Shown here piece after piece: positions 11,884 through 25,469 of a DNA stretch of 64,000 bases (the stretch's first letter is position 1; each line of letters starts with the position of its first letter). The DNA is taken from NCBI GenBank assembly GCA_964432595.1, contig CAYSOF010000011.1, positions 47,757-111,756 on the forward strand, in the 5' to 3' direction. A program made the translations under genes and the position numbers. Below the pieces are notes generated by a model. It saw nothing but the letters and a program-made list of their open reading frames with translations. It had not been told where the DNA came from and made no database searches. Source of the DNA: an uncultured Candidatus Binatia bacterium (lineage in GTDB: Bacteria; Desulfobacterota; Binatia; DP-6).

Positions 11884-11902
11884 GTGGGGCCCGATGCCCC
11901 AC
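11884..11902 (-). terminator. possible hairpin downstream of the 11963-12646 gene
   Basis: gtggggc-ccgat-gccccac, a 7-bp stem with a 5-nt loop and no U-tract. Confidence 0.2.
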
Positions 11903-11962
11903 GGCTGATAGTCGCGCGCCGCCGCTACCACACGTGCAAAACGCTAAGCAAGAAACGCTGCG

Positions 11963-12646
11963 TCACTCCCCCGCTGCCGGCGCCTCCTCGAACGCGCGTT
12001 GCTCGGCCAGCCACACGCGGCGCGCCTCGTCGTGCTGCCGGCGGCGCTCCTGGGCCTCGGCCAACTGGCGAGGGATCTCCTCGAGCCGCACCATGTGCAT
12101 GTCCATCGCGAGATTGAGGAGCGCCTTGTCCTGCGCCGACAGCTTGTCGCCGTAGTGCGCGAGGACGTACCCCGCGAACTCCACGTAGTCGTTCGAGAGT
12201 TTCTGGCGGTAGGCGTAGTAGTCGTTCACTTCCTCTTCCGTTCCGGTGCCGGACAGGACCTTCCCGTACTCGACGTTCCAGCGCGTGCGCTCCTCGCGCC
12301 GCCACTCGATCAGCGCCTCGTCCTTCGTGGGCATGGCCATGGCCCAGAAGAGATTGTTCGGGATCGTTCGCTGCAACGCCTTCATGTCGACGTGCACCCA
12401 GGCGCCGCGCGGCGCCTCGCGCAGCTCGGGCAGCGCATCGTCGCCGATCGCTGCATCACCATCCTCCGCCGGTTCGATCGGCGCCGCCGCGACGTCCTCG
12501 GCCGGCGCGTCCGCCGCCGTCTCGGGCGGAGCCGGCGGCTCGCGCTCGGCGATCGGCCACATGAGCGCCCCCACCGCCACGAGCAGCACCGCCACCGCGA
12601 TTCCCCGAGCCCACGATGCCCGCATCGCGCGCCGTGTAGCGGACAT
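11963..12646 (-). CDS. hypothetical membrane-anchored protein
   Basis: N-terminal TM/signal anchor (GIAVAVLLVAVGALMW), Pro/Ala/Glu-rich linker, then a K/E/Y/N-containing globular part (NDYYAYRQKLSNDYVEFAGYVLAHYGDKLSAQDK). Start at M47 (12646) or M54 (12625). Confidence 0.5.
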   Translation of the reverse strand: MSATRRAMRASWARGIAVAVLLVAVGALMWPIAEREPPAPPETAADAPAEDVAAAPIEPAEDGDAAIGDDALPELREAPRGAWVHVDMKALQRTIPNNLFWAMAMPTKDEALIEWRREERTRWNVEYGKVLSGTGTEEEVNDYYAYRQKLSNDYVEFAGYVLAHYGDKLSAQDKALLNLAMDMHMVRLEEIPRQLAEAQERRRQHDEARRVWLAEQRAFEEAPAAGE

Positions 12647-12805
12647 CGTAACGGTTGTCGTCACGCACCGCGGCGTACTACACGCGCCGCATGCTCGACG
12701 TCGTCGTCGAAGACGTCCCGTACGCGACGCCGGACGGCGAGCCGCTACCGGCGCGCGTCCATGCGCCGCGCGATGGCGGGCCATGGCGCGCGCTGGTCGA
12801 CGCCT

Positions 12806-13618
12806 TCATCGCGCGTCGGACGGCGCCGGCTTCTTCCCGCTGAGCGCGGCGACGAGGCTCTTCTCCGGCGCGTCCCAGTCCTCGTCCATGAGGCGGGCGA
12901 TCTCCTTGCCGTCGCGCCGGACGATGCCCGTCGGGAGCGCCGTCACGCGCGCCGCGTCGGCCTCGGGATCGGCGGTCTGCCCTTGCGGCACGCCGTGGAA
13001 CGACACCGTGAGCTTCGCGGGCTTGGCGTCTTCCAGCACGCGCACGAGACGCGGGATCACCTGCTCGCAGTGTGAGCACCAGCTGCCGAAGAACACGGTG
13101 AGCTCGGCGGGCTCCGTCTCGTCGCGCAGCGCTTTCAGCGCGCCGGCGTCCGGCGTGTAGGTCGCGGCGTTGCGGCGATAGTCCGGAATCGCCACCACGA
13201 GCTCGTCGAGCGTCTTGTTGCCGAGCACCGGCGGGCTCGGCGTGAGCGCCACGACGACGCCGTCGCGATCGATGACGAGGTTCGGCCCCTCGAAGCGGAT
13301 CGTCAGCAGATCCTCGACCGGCCCCGCCGTGTCGAAGCGCACGATCTGCGGATCCGCCGGATCGGGCGTCACCCGCTTCGGGTCGACGAGCCGTGCGCCG
13401 GCGGGTCCCGTCGTCACCAGCACGGGCCGCGGCAGCGCGAAGGTCGTCACGATGAACTGCCAGGGCGGGAGCACCGATCGGTACACGCGCGCGTTCGGGT
13501 CGACGCTGCCGCGCGCCTTCACCTGGAACTGCCCGGTGCTCGCGAACTGCACGGTGGCCGCGCGCGCCGGCGCGGCGAGCGTCGCGAGCAGCAGGAGGAT
13601 CGGAACGATGCGCGTCAT
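12806..13618 (-). CDS. thioredoxin-like (TlpA/ResA-type) secreted thiol-disulfide oxidoreductase
   Basis: Signal peptide MTRIVPILLLLATLAAPARA. CxxC active site in FFGSWCSHCEQVIP. ATG overlaps the stop of the upstream gene (ATGA). Confidence 0.7.
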   Translation of the reverse strand: MTRIVPILLLLATLAAPARAATVQFASTGQFQVKARGSVDPNARVYRSVLPPWQFIVTTFALPRPVLVTTGPAGARLVDPKRVTPDPADPQIVRFDTAGPVEDLLTIRFEGPNLVIDRDGVVVALTPSPPVLGNKTLDELVVAIPDYRRNAATYTPDAGALKALRDETEPAELTVFFGSWCSHCEQVIPRLVRVLEDAKPAKLTVSFHGVPQGQTADPEADAARVTALPTGIVRRDGKEIARLMDEDWDAPEKSLVAALSGKKPAPSDAR

Positions 13619-14559
13619 GGGAGCTCTCCTCGGGCCATGCTGTCCAGCGCGGGGTCGGGGGGGAAGCCGGTCCAGGTCTCGACGATCCGGCCGTCGTCGA
13701 CGAGCGCGCTGCGCGGCAGTGTACGGTAGAGGGTGCGTAGCATTGCCGCGGGCGCACTGCGAACCTCGAAGGCCGGCCCGGCCGACCACATGAAAGCGGT
13801 CGCGAGCGCAGGGTCGTCGTCGGCGACGCCCCAGACGGTGGTGCCGCCGCCGGGGAGCTTCAGCCGCCCATTCAGCTCGGCGATGCGCACCGCCGCGTCC
13901 GGTGCCGCACGATCGAGGAGCAGCACGAGGTGCCGGCCGCTGCGCAGCTCGGGGACGACCTCGTCGAGCTTCGTCGTCGCGACCGTCGCGCCGGGCGCCA
14001 GCGCCGTCGCCTGGTCGTCGAGCGGCAAGGACGGGGCCGCGAGCGCGAGCGCTCCGCCGGCGACGGTGCCGAGCAGCGCCGGCAGCCAGCGCGTGCGGAC
14101 GGCCGCGGGACGGCCGAGCCAGGCGATGCCGGACAGGACGACGAAGACCGCGTCCTCGACGAGCGCCTGCTCGGGGGTCCGCTCGAGCAGCTGGCCGAAG
14201 CAGCCGCAGCTGCCCGCCGTCTCGGAGGGATGCGCCATCTGCCAGGCGACGATGCCGAGGAACGCGACGAACGTCGCGCTCGAAGCCGCGAGGACGACGG
14301 GATGGCGCCATCCGGCGAGCAGCGCCGCGCCGAGCCCGCCTTCGAACGCGATCGTCGCGACCGCCGCCGCATGCGCGAACGACGGCGACAGCGGCACGAG
14401 GTCGCCGATCTGCGTCGCGAACAGCGCCGGATCGAGCGCCTTCGCGTACGCGGCGACGAGCAGGACCAGGCCGAGGAGCCGCGCCGCGACGTCGCCCGCG
14501 ATCGCGGTCAGGCGGACACCGGCCGGCGGAGAGGTCGCACCGGCTCGTTGTGGCCGCAT
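13615..14559 (-). CDS. MauE/DoxX-like membrane protein with C-terminal thioredoxin-like domain
   Basis: Polytopic N-terminus with the MauE-type CGCFG motif (TAGSCGCFGQLLE). Soluble C-terminal domain lacks CxxC. Translationally coupled to the downstream Trx gene. Confidence 0.65.
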   Translation of the reverse strand: MRPQRAGATSPPAGVRLTAIAGDVAARLLGLVLLVAAYAKALDPALFATQIGDLVPLSPSFAHAAAVATIAFEGGLGAALLAGWRHPVVLAASSATFVAFLGIVAWQMAHPSETAGSCGCFGQLLERTPEQALVEDAVFVVLSGIAWLGRPAAVRTRWLPALLGTVAGGALALAAPSLPLDDQATALAPGATVATTKLDEVVPELRSGRHLVLLLDRAAPDAAVRIAELNGRLKLPGGGTTVWGVADDDPALATAFMWSAGPAFEVRSAPAAMLRTLYRTLPRSALVDDGRIVETWTGFPPDPALDSMARGELP

Positions 14560-14571
14560 CCCCCGACGCCG

Positions 14572-15201
14572 TCAACGCGACGCCGGATCCTCGAGCCCGA
14601 GCACGCCGACGGCGAACTGCGTGAGCACGTCCACGACCGTCTCGCGGTCGGTGTAACGCCCCTCGAGGTAGCCGCGGGCCAGGCATTCGGTCTGGGCGAT
14701 CATCGCGTCGGCGATCATCGCCAGGCGCTCGCGCGCCGCCGGCGTGTCCGTCGCGAGGCCGAGGCGCGCGAAGTCCTCGACCATGTCGGCGACCACGTCG
14801 GCGCGCAGCTGGAGCGCCATCGACCCGAAGGGCGAGTTCGGCTCGTACTGCTCGCGCAAGAACGCGTGCAGCAGCCCGGGGTGCTGCGTCCAGGTGTCGA
14901 CCGAGATGCGGAACGTCTCGCGGACGGCCTCGACGCCCTGCCCCTCGAGCACGCGCAGCCGCGCCTCGCGGAGCTTCACCCGCAGCGCGCCGATCTGCTC
15001 GGTGCCGAGCGTCCGCAGCAGCTCGTCCTTGTCGCGGAAGTGGACGTAGAAGGTGGGCTGCGCCACCCCCGCCGCGCGCGCCACGGCGCTCACCGACAGC
15101 CCGCCGTATCCGGATTCCGCCAGGATCCGCGCGCCTGCCTCGAGCAGACGGGTGCGGGTGATCGTCTTCGACTCCCCGCGGGTCAGGGTACGTTGCGGCA
15201 C
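14572..15201 (-). CDS. TetR-family transcriptional regulator
   Basis: HTH TRTRLLEAGARILAESGYGGLSVSAVARAAGVAQPTFYVHFRDKDEL. GTG start at 15201; the longer ATG-initiated ORF would overlap the divergent promoter. Divergent from the monooxygenase gene. Confidence 0.8.
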   Translation of the reverse strand: MPQRTLTRGESKTITRTRLLEAGARILAESGYGGLSVSAVARAAGVAQPTFYVHFRDKDELLRTLGTEQIGALRVKLREARLRVLEGQGVEAVRETFRISVDTWTQHPGLLHAFLREQYEPNSPFGSMALQLRADVVADMVEDFARLGLATDTPAARERLAMIADAMIAQTECLARGYLEGRYTDRETVVDVLTQFAVGVLGLEDPASR

Positions 15202-15207
15202 ACACGA

Positions 15208-15289
15208 CCGATAGCCGAATCGGCAACCGTTTCCAAGCTGCGTATCACGTAGCCGTTGACAGGGTTTTTCGCCGATAATAGTATCGGCG
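15208..15289. promoter_or_regulatory. divergent TetR/monooxygenase control region: two 6-4-6 inverted-repeat operators plus a sigma-70-like promoter
   Basis: CCGATA-gccg-AATCGG at 15208-15223 and CCGATA-atag-TATCGG at 15272-15287. TTGACA (15256-15261), 17 nt, TAGTAT (15279-15284). GGAGG RBS 4 nt before the ATG at 15305. Confidence 0.45.
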
Positions 15290-15304
15290 GCGACTGGAGG
15301 TCGC

Positions 15305-16813
15305 ATGGCTGAGTTTCCGATCGTGATCGTCGGCACCGGGTTCTCGGGCATCGCCATGGGCGTGTACCTGAAGCGCGCCGGCATCGACTCCTTCACCATC
15401 CTGGAAAAGGCCGACGACGTCGGCGGCACCTGGCGCGAGAACACGTATCCCGGCGCCGCCTGCGACGTGCCGTCCCACCTCTACTGCTTCTCCTTCGAGC
15501 CCAAGCCCGACTGGTCGCGCTCGTTCTCGCCGCAGCAGGAGATCCACGCCTACCTCCGGCACTGCGTCGACAAGTACGGCCTGCGTCCGCACCTCCGCTT
15601 CTCCAGCACGGTCGAAGGCGCCGAGTTCGACGAGCCGACCGGCACCTGGACGGTCCGCATCGCAGGCCGCGAGCCGATGCGGGCGCGGGCGCTGGTGCTC
15701 GGCAACGGCGCACTGCACGTCCCGTCGCTGCCCGACATCCCCGGGCTCGACGAGTTCCGCGGCACGCTGTTCCACTCCGCCGCCTGGAACCACGACGCCG
15801 ATCTCGCGGGGAAGCGCGTCGCCGTGGTCGGCACGGGCGCCAGCGCGATCCAGTTCGTCCCCGAGATCGCCCCGACGACCGGCCGCCTCCACGTCTTCCA
15901 GCGCACGCCGCCCTGGATCCTCCCGAAGCCCGATCGCCGCATGCGCCGCTGGGAGCAGGCGCTGTTCCGGCTCGCGCGCCCGCTGCACTGGCTGCACCGC
16001 GCGTGGATCTACTGGACGCTCGAGCTGCGGGCGATCGGCTTCGTCGTGAACCCGAAGCTGATGACGCTGCTGCAGCGGCTCGCGCGGAAGTTCATCGCCG
16101 ACAGCGTCGCCGATCCGGCGCTACGCACGAAGGTCACGCCCGACTACACGATGGGGTGCAAGCGCATCCTGCTCTCCAACGACTGGTACCCCGCGTTGCA
16201 GCGCGAGAACGTGGAGCTCGTCACCGACGGCATCGAGCGCATCACCGCGACGGGGGTACGCACGCGCGACGGCGTCGAGCGCCCGGTCGACGCGATCGTC
16301 TGCGGCACGGGCTTCATGGTCGGCGACTACCTGACCCGGCTCGCCATCGTGGGTCGCGGCGGGCGCACGCTGAGCCAGGCGATGGAGGCGCGCGAGGGCA
16401 ACTTCCTCGGCATCACGGTGCACGGCTTCCCGAACCTGTTCCTGCTGATGGGGCCCAACACCGGACTCGGCCACAACTCGATGATCTTCATGATCGAGGC
16501 GCAGGCGCGCTACGCGCTGCAGGGCATCGAGACGCTGCGCCGCCGGAGGCTCCGCTTCCTCGACGTCCGCGCGTCGGTTCAGAGCGGATTCACCGCACGG
16601 CTGCAGGAGAAGATGCAGCGCTCGGTCTGGAGCTCCGGCTGCCAGAGCTGGTACGCGGCCGACGGCTACAACGCGACGACGTGGCCGTACTTCACGTTCC
16701 AGTACTGGTGGCGGACCCGCCGGCTCGCCCTCGCGGACTACGAGGTCGCCCTGCCCGCGCCGGTGCGGGACGCGGCGCCGGTCGCCACGACCCGCCCCGT
16801 CATCGTCGGCTAG
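15305..16813 (+). CDS. flavin-containing / Baeyer-Villiger-type monooxygenase (FAD, NADPH)
   Basis: FAD GxGxxG (VIVGTGFSGIAMG). FMO motif FHSAAWNHD. NADPH GxGxxA (VAVVGTGASAIQ). 502 aa. Confidence 0.85.
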   Translation: MAEFPIVIVGTGFSGIAMGVYLKRAGIDSFTILEKADDVGGTWRENTYPGAACDVPSHLYCFSFEPKPDWSRSFSPQQEIHAYLRHCVDKYGLRPHLRFSSTVEGAEFDEPTGTWTVRIAGREPMRARALVLGNGALHVPSLPDIPGLDEFRGTLFHSAAWNHDADLAGKRVAVVGTGASAIQFVPEIAPTTGRLHVFQRTPPWILPKPDRRMRRWEQALFRLARPLHWLHRAWIYWTLELRAIGFVVNPKLMTLLQRLARKFIADSVADPALRTKVTPDYTMGCKRILLSNDWYPALQRENVELVTDGIERITATGVRTRDGVERPVDAIVCGTGFMVGDYLTRLAIVGRGGRTLSQAMEAREGNFLGITVHGFPNLFLLMGPNTGLGHNSMIFMIEAQARYALQGIETLRRRRLRFLDVRASVQSGFTARLQEKMQRSVWSSGCQSWYAADGYNATTWPYFTFQYWWRTRRLALADYEVALPAPVRDAAPVATTRPVIVG

Positions 16814-16816
16814 GAG

Positions 16817-16936
16817 ACCGACCCAAGACTTCGTCTCGGGTCGGGAGGGACGCGAGAGTGTAGCGTTCGCGGTCCGCGCGACCAGCATGCCGCGCCCTCG
16901 GTCCGTCTCCGACCCGAGACGAAGTCTTGGGTCGGT
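16817..16936. repeat. perfect 28-bp inverted repeat flanking a 64-nt spacer, between convergent stop codons
   Basis: Arm 1 accgacccaagacttcgtctcgggtcgg (16817-16844). Arm 2 is its exact reverse complement (16909-16936). Each arm and the spacer are themselves palindromic. Confidence 0.6.
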
Positions 16937-16938
16937 TC

Positions 16939-17865
16939 CTAGGGCAGCACCTTCCAGGCGCCGTCCGGCCCGCGCACGACGATCAGCCGCGGCTGGTAGA
17001 CCATCGCGAGCGCCATGCCGGCGCACATCTGCACGTCCTCGTCTTTCACCTTCTCGAACTGGCTCGGGTCGATGACGTAGAGGTGCTCGCCCTTGCCGCG
17101 CACCGAGACGGCCGCGGTGTCCGTCGTCGCGATCTCGACCGTGTCGGCCTTCGGCGCGCCGATGCGCACGCCGAGGTCGTACACCTTGTCGAGGCACTTC
17201 TCCTTCTTGAGGCGCGCGAGATCGAGGTTTTCCTGCGACCCGAGCGCCGCGTAGACGCCGGCGAAGTCGGGTTTGAACCAGCTCGCCCGCTCGGCGACGA
17301 GCGCGAGGATCTGCCGCTTGTCGTCGTCGGTGAGGGACGTCACCGGCGGGTCGTCGTGCCACGGCTGCTTCTTCGCGAAGTCGGCCTGGAAGTCCTTCGT
17401 CAGGACGATCCTGCCCTTCGCGTCCTTGTTCTCGACGCCCTCGTTCGCCTGATTCGTGGCGCGACCGCCGTCCGGACGATCCTCTTCCGTCACCGTGTCG
17501 GTGACCTCCGCCCAGCGCAGCTGCGCCTTGTAGGGCGTCGCGGCCTTCGGCTCGAACTCGATGCGGAACGTGTTCTTTCCCGGACGCAGGATCGCGCCGA
17601 GCGACTCGGTCGGCAGCCACACCGACGGCCCGACCTCGCGCTCGTCGAACATGACGGGCACCTCCTCCGATGCGATCGGCTGCGCCGCGACGAAGATGCC
17701 GTTCACGTAGACCGTCGCCGTGCCCGCGACCGTCTGCACGTGGTCGTTCTTCGTGTCCCCCGTGTACGGCGTGAACTTGAACTCGACGTTCAGCACCTTG
17801 CCCCAGCCGAGGCCCGGTACCGCCAGGGCCGCCACCACCAGAGCCGTCCGGATCGCCGTCCGCAT
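16939..17865 (-). CDS. secreted hypothetical protein
   Basis: Signal peptide MRTAIRTALVVAALAVPGLGWG. K/E/D-rich, ordinary composition. No family recognised. Confidence 0.6.
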   Translation of the reverse strand: MRTAIRTALVVAALAVPGLGWGKVLNVEFKFTPYTGDTKNDHVQTVAGTATVYVNGIFVAAQPIASEEVPVMFDEREVGPSVWLPTESLGAILRPGKNTFRIEFEPKAATPYKAQLRWAEVTDTVTEEDRPDGGRATNQANEGVENKDAKGRIVLTKDFQADFAKKQPWHDDPPVTSLTDDDKRQILALVAERASWFKPDFAGVYAALGSQENLDLARLKKEKCLDKVYDLGVRIGAPKADTVEIATTDTAAVSVRGKGEHLYVIDPSQFEKVKDEDVQMCAGMALAMVYQPRLIVVRGPDGAWKVLP

Positions 17866-18040
17866 CGCACGTCCTCCCCGCCCTGCCCCTCCGCGGCGCC
17901 GTCGCTCGACGCCGTCGGGGGACGTTGCCGGTTCTGTCCCCGCACCGGCTGGGTGTCAAACACGGCCGACCGGTCTTCCACTGGCGGCTCGCTGCGCTAC
18001 GCTGACCGTGACGGAGCCCCGACGGCCCGGAGGAGGAACG

Positions 18041-18427
18041 ATGCTCGTCACCCACCTCGTCAACCGGAACGTGCCCACCGTCGCGCCGCACGACGACCTG
18101 CTCGCGGCGGCTCGTGCGCTGGCGGCCAGCGTCGAGGGCGTGCTGCCCGTGGTCGACCGCGACGAACGCGGCGCCCGCGTCGTCGGCATGCTGCGGTGCC
18201 GCGACGCGTTCGCCGCGACCTTCGGACACGGCGACGGCGCCTCGACGATGCCGGTGGCGGCGGCCATGTCGCCCGCCGCCTGCACGTGCCGCGCGTCCGA
18301 CTCGCTCGGCCGCGCCGTCCGCCTGCTGCGGCGCACCGGCGCGGACGCGATGCCGGTCGTCGACGGCGACGGCTACCTCGTCGGCGTGCTCTCCTTCGCC
18401 GATCTGGTCCGCGAGGCGGCACGCTGA
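18041..18427 (+). CDS. CBS-domain pair protein
   Basis: Two CBS motifs (VPTVAPHDDLLAAARALAASVEGVLPVVD... and ...ADAMPVVDGDGYLVGVLSFADL). GGAGGAGG RBS. Confidence 0.75.
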   Translation: MLVTHLVNRNVPTVAPHDDLLAAARALAASVEGVLPVVDRDERGARVVGMLRCRDAFAATFGHGDGASTMPVAAAMSPAACTCRASDSLGRAVRLLRRTGADAMPVVDGDGYLVGVLSFADLVREAAR

Positions 18428-18672
18428 TGCAGCGCATCGAGGTCGGATTCCAGGCCTACGTCGCCGATGGCGACGACCCGTTCGGCGCCGTGCGCGATCT
18501 CGCCGCCGACGGCGTCGTCATCTACGTGGAGAACGCCGGCGACTTCTTCGTCCCGGCGGACGCGATCGCCGACGTCCACTCGCAGAAGGTGATCGTCCGC
18601 TGCGACAAGCTCGAAGCGGAGCTGCGCCGCGCGATCGGGCACGCGCACGACGCCGAGGTCCCCGGCCTGTAG
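18427..18672 (+). CDS. hypothetical small protein (81 aa)
   Basis: ATG overlaps the CBS gene stop (TGATG coupling). Ordinary composition. Confidence 0.5.
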   Translation: MQRIEVGFQAYVADGDDPFGAVRDLAADGVVIYVENAGDFFVPADAIADVHSQKVIVRCDKLEAELRRAIGHAHDAEVPGL

Positions 18673-18775
18673 CGCCTCGGAGACACGGTGTGGCGGCCGC
18701 GCCACGCCGGCCGCGCTCTCTCGCGCCGCCCCATCAGGCCACCGCGCTGGTACGGTTCGTGGAGATGCTCGGAGC

Positions 18776-19669
18776 ATGCACGACGACGCGCGCGCCTACC
18801 TCGACGCTCCGGTGGAGCTCCACGACGCGGGCGACGCCGGCGTCGCCGTCCGTCGCATGGGCCGCGGTCCGGCGCTGCTGCTGATCCACGGCTTTCCGCT
18901 GCACGGCTTCACGTGGCGCCACGTCCTGCCCGAGCTGTCACGGCGCTTCACCTGCCTCGTCGTCGACCTGCCCGGCTTCGGCGACTCGACCTGGACGGCG
19001 GACACCGACTTCACGTTCCCGGCGCAGGCGCGACGTCTCGGGCGCGTGCTCGAGCGGCTCGACGTCGCAACGTGCCACGTGATGGCGCAGGACACCGGGG
19101 CGACGATCGCGCGCTGCCTGGCGCTGCAGCAGCCGGCGCGGGTCGCGTCGCTCGCGCTCATCAACACCGAGATCCCCGGGCATCGCCCGCCGTGGATCGT
19201 CGAGTTCCAGTGGACCACGCGGCTGCCCGGCGCCGCCCGCGCCTTCCAGCTGCTGCTGCGGTCGGACCGCTACCTCCGCTCCGGCATGGGCTTCGGCGGC
19301 TGCTTCGCCGATCCGACCTTGATCCAGGGCGACTTTCACGAGCAGTTCATCGCGCCGCTCGTGCGGTCCGCCCGGCGCGTCGAGGGCATGAACCGCTACC
19401 TCCGCGGGATCGGCTGGGACGTCGTCGACGGCATGGCGCACCGACACGCCGACCTGCGGATGCCGGTGCTGCTCGTGTGGGGCGCGGACGATCCGACGTT
19501 CCCGCTGCCGCTCGCCCGCGAGATGGCGCCACAGTTCCCCGCCGGCGAGGGCATCGCGGTCGTACCGAACGCCCGGCTCCTGCCGCACGAGGAGCGTCCC
19601 GAGGCCGTCTGCGCCCACGTCGTCCCGTTCTTCGAGCGCAGCGCGCCGTCGCTCGTGGCCCGGGCGTAG
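18776..19669 (+). CDS. alpha/beta hydrolase (haloalkane-dehalogenase/epoxide-hydrolase-like)
   Basis: LLLIHGFP oxyanion motif. HVMAQDTGA nucleophile elbow with Asp. C-terminal His. Confidence 0.8.
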   Translation: MHDDARAYLDAPVELHDAGDAGVAVRRMGRGPALLLIHGFPLHGFTWRHVLPELSRRFTCLVVDLPGFGDSTWTADTDFTFPAQARRLGRVLERLDVATCHVMAQDTGATIARCLALQQPARVASLALINTEIPGHRPPWIVEFQWTTRLPGAARAFQLLLRSDRYLRSGMGFGGCFADPTLIQGDFHEQFIAPLVRSARRVEGMNRYLRGIGWDVVDGMAHRHADLRMPVLLVWGADDPTFPLPLAREMAPQFPAGEGIAVVPNARLLPHEERPEAVCAHVVPFFERSAPSLVARA

Positions 19670-19726
19670 GGCGCGCGATCGCCGCCTTGACCGGGCGGGG
19701 AGACGCGTCGTAGCGGTTGGCCCGCC

Positions 19727-22456
<2,730 letters not shown>

Positions 22457-22460
22457 CGCC

Positions 22461-25189
<2,729 letters not shown>

Positions 25190-25196
<7 letters not shown>

Positions 25197-25210
25197 CGTC
25201 GGGTTACCGG
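25190..25210 (+). terminator. hairpin spanning the stop codon of the second EBP
   Basis: ccggtaac-gtcgg-gttaccgg, a perfect 8-bp stem with no U-tract. Confidence 0.2.
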
Positions 25211-25469
25211 CGGGCGCCCGGCGCACGCGCGGCACGGCGCGACGTCCACGCCGTGCGGCGCCTGGCCCACGGCACGGGACTTGGAGCCACGACGGGCATG
25301 CCGTTGCCGCTCGATCCGCCCCCCCGCCGGCGTCCCGACGTCGCCGGATGGCTCCTCGTGCTCACCGGCGTGGTCGTGGTCGCGCTGCTCTTCGGGACGC
25401 TGCTGCTGGGAACGCTGCTCGCCACGTGGGGCTGACGGGCCATTTCCCTCCGGGCCGCCGATCGCATAC

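Noticed and set aside
25262-25286. sigma-54-like element cGGCACGggacTTGGa upstream of the desaturase
   Set aside because: It lacks the near-invariant -12 GC (has GG). Kept only as a remote possibility.
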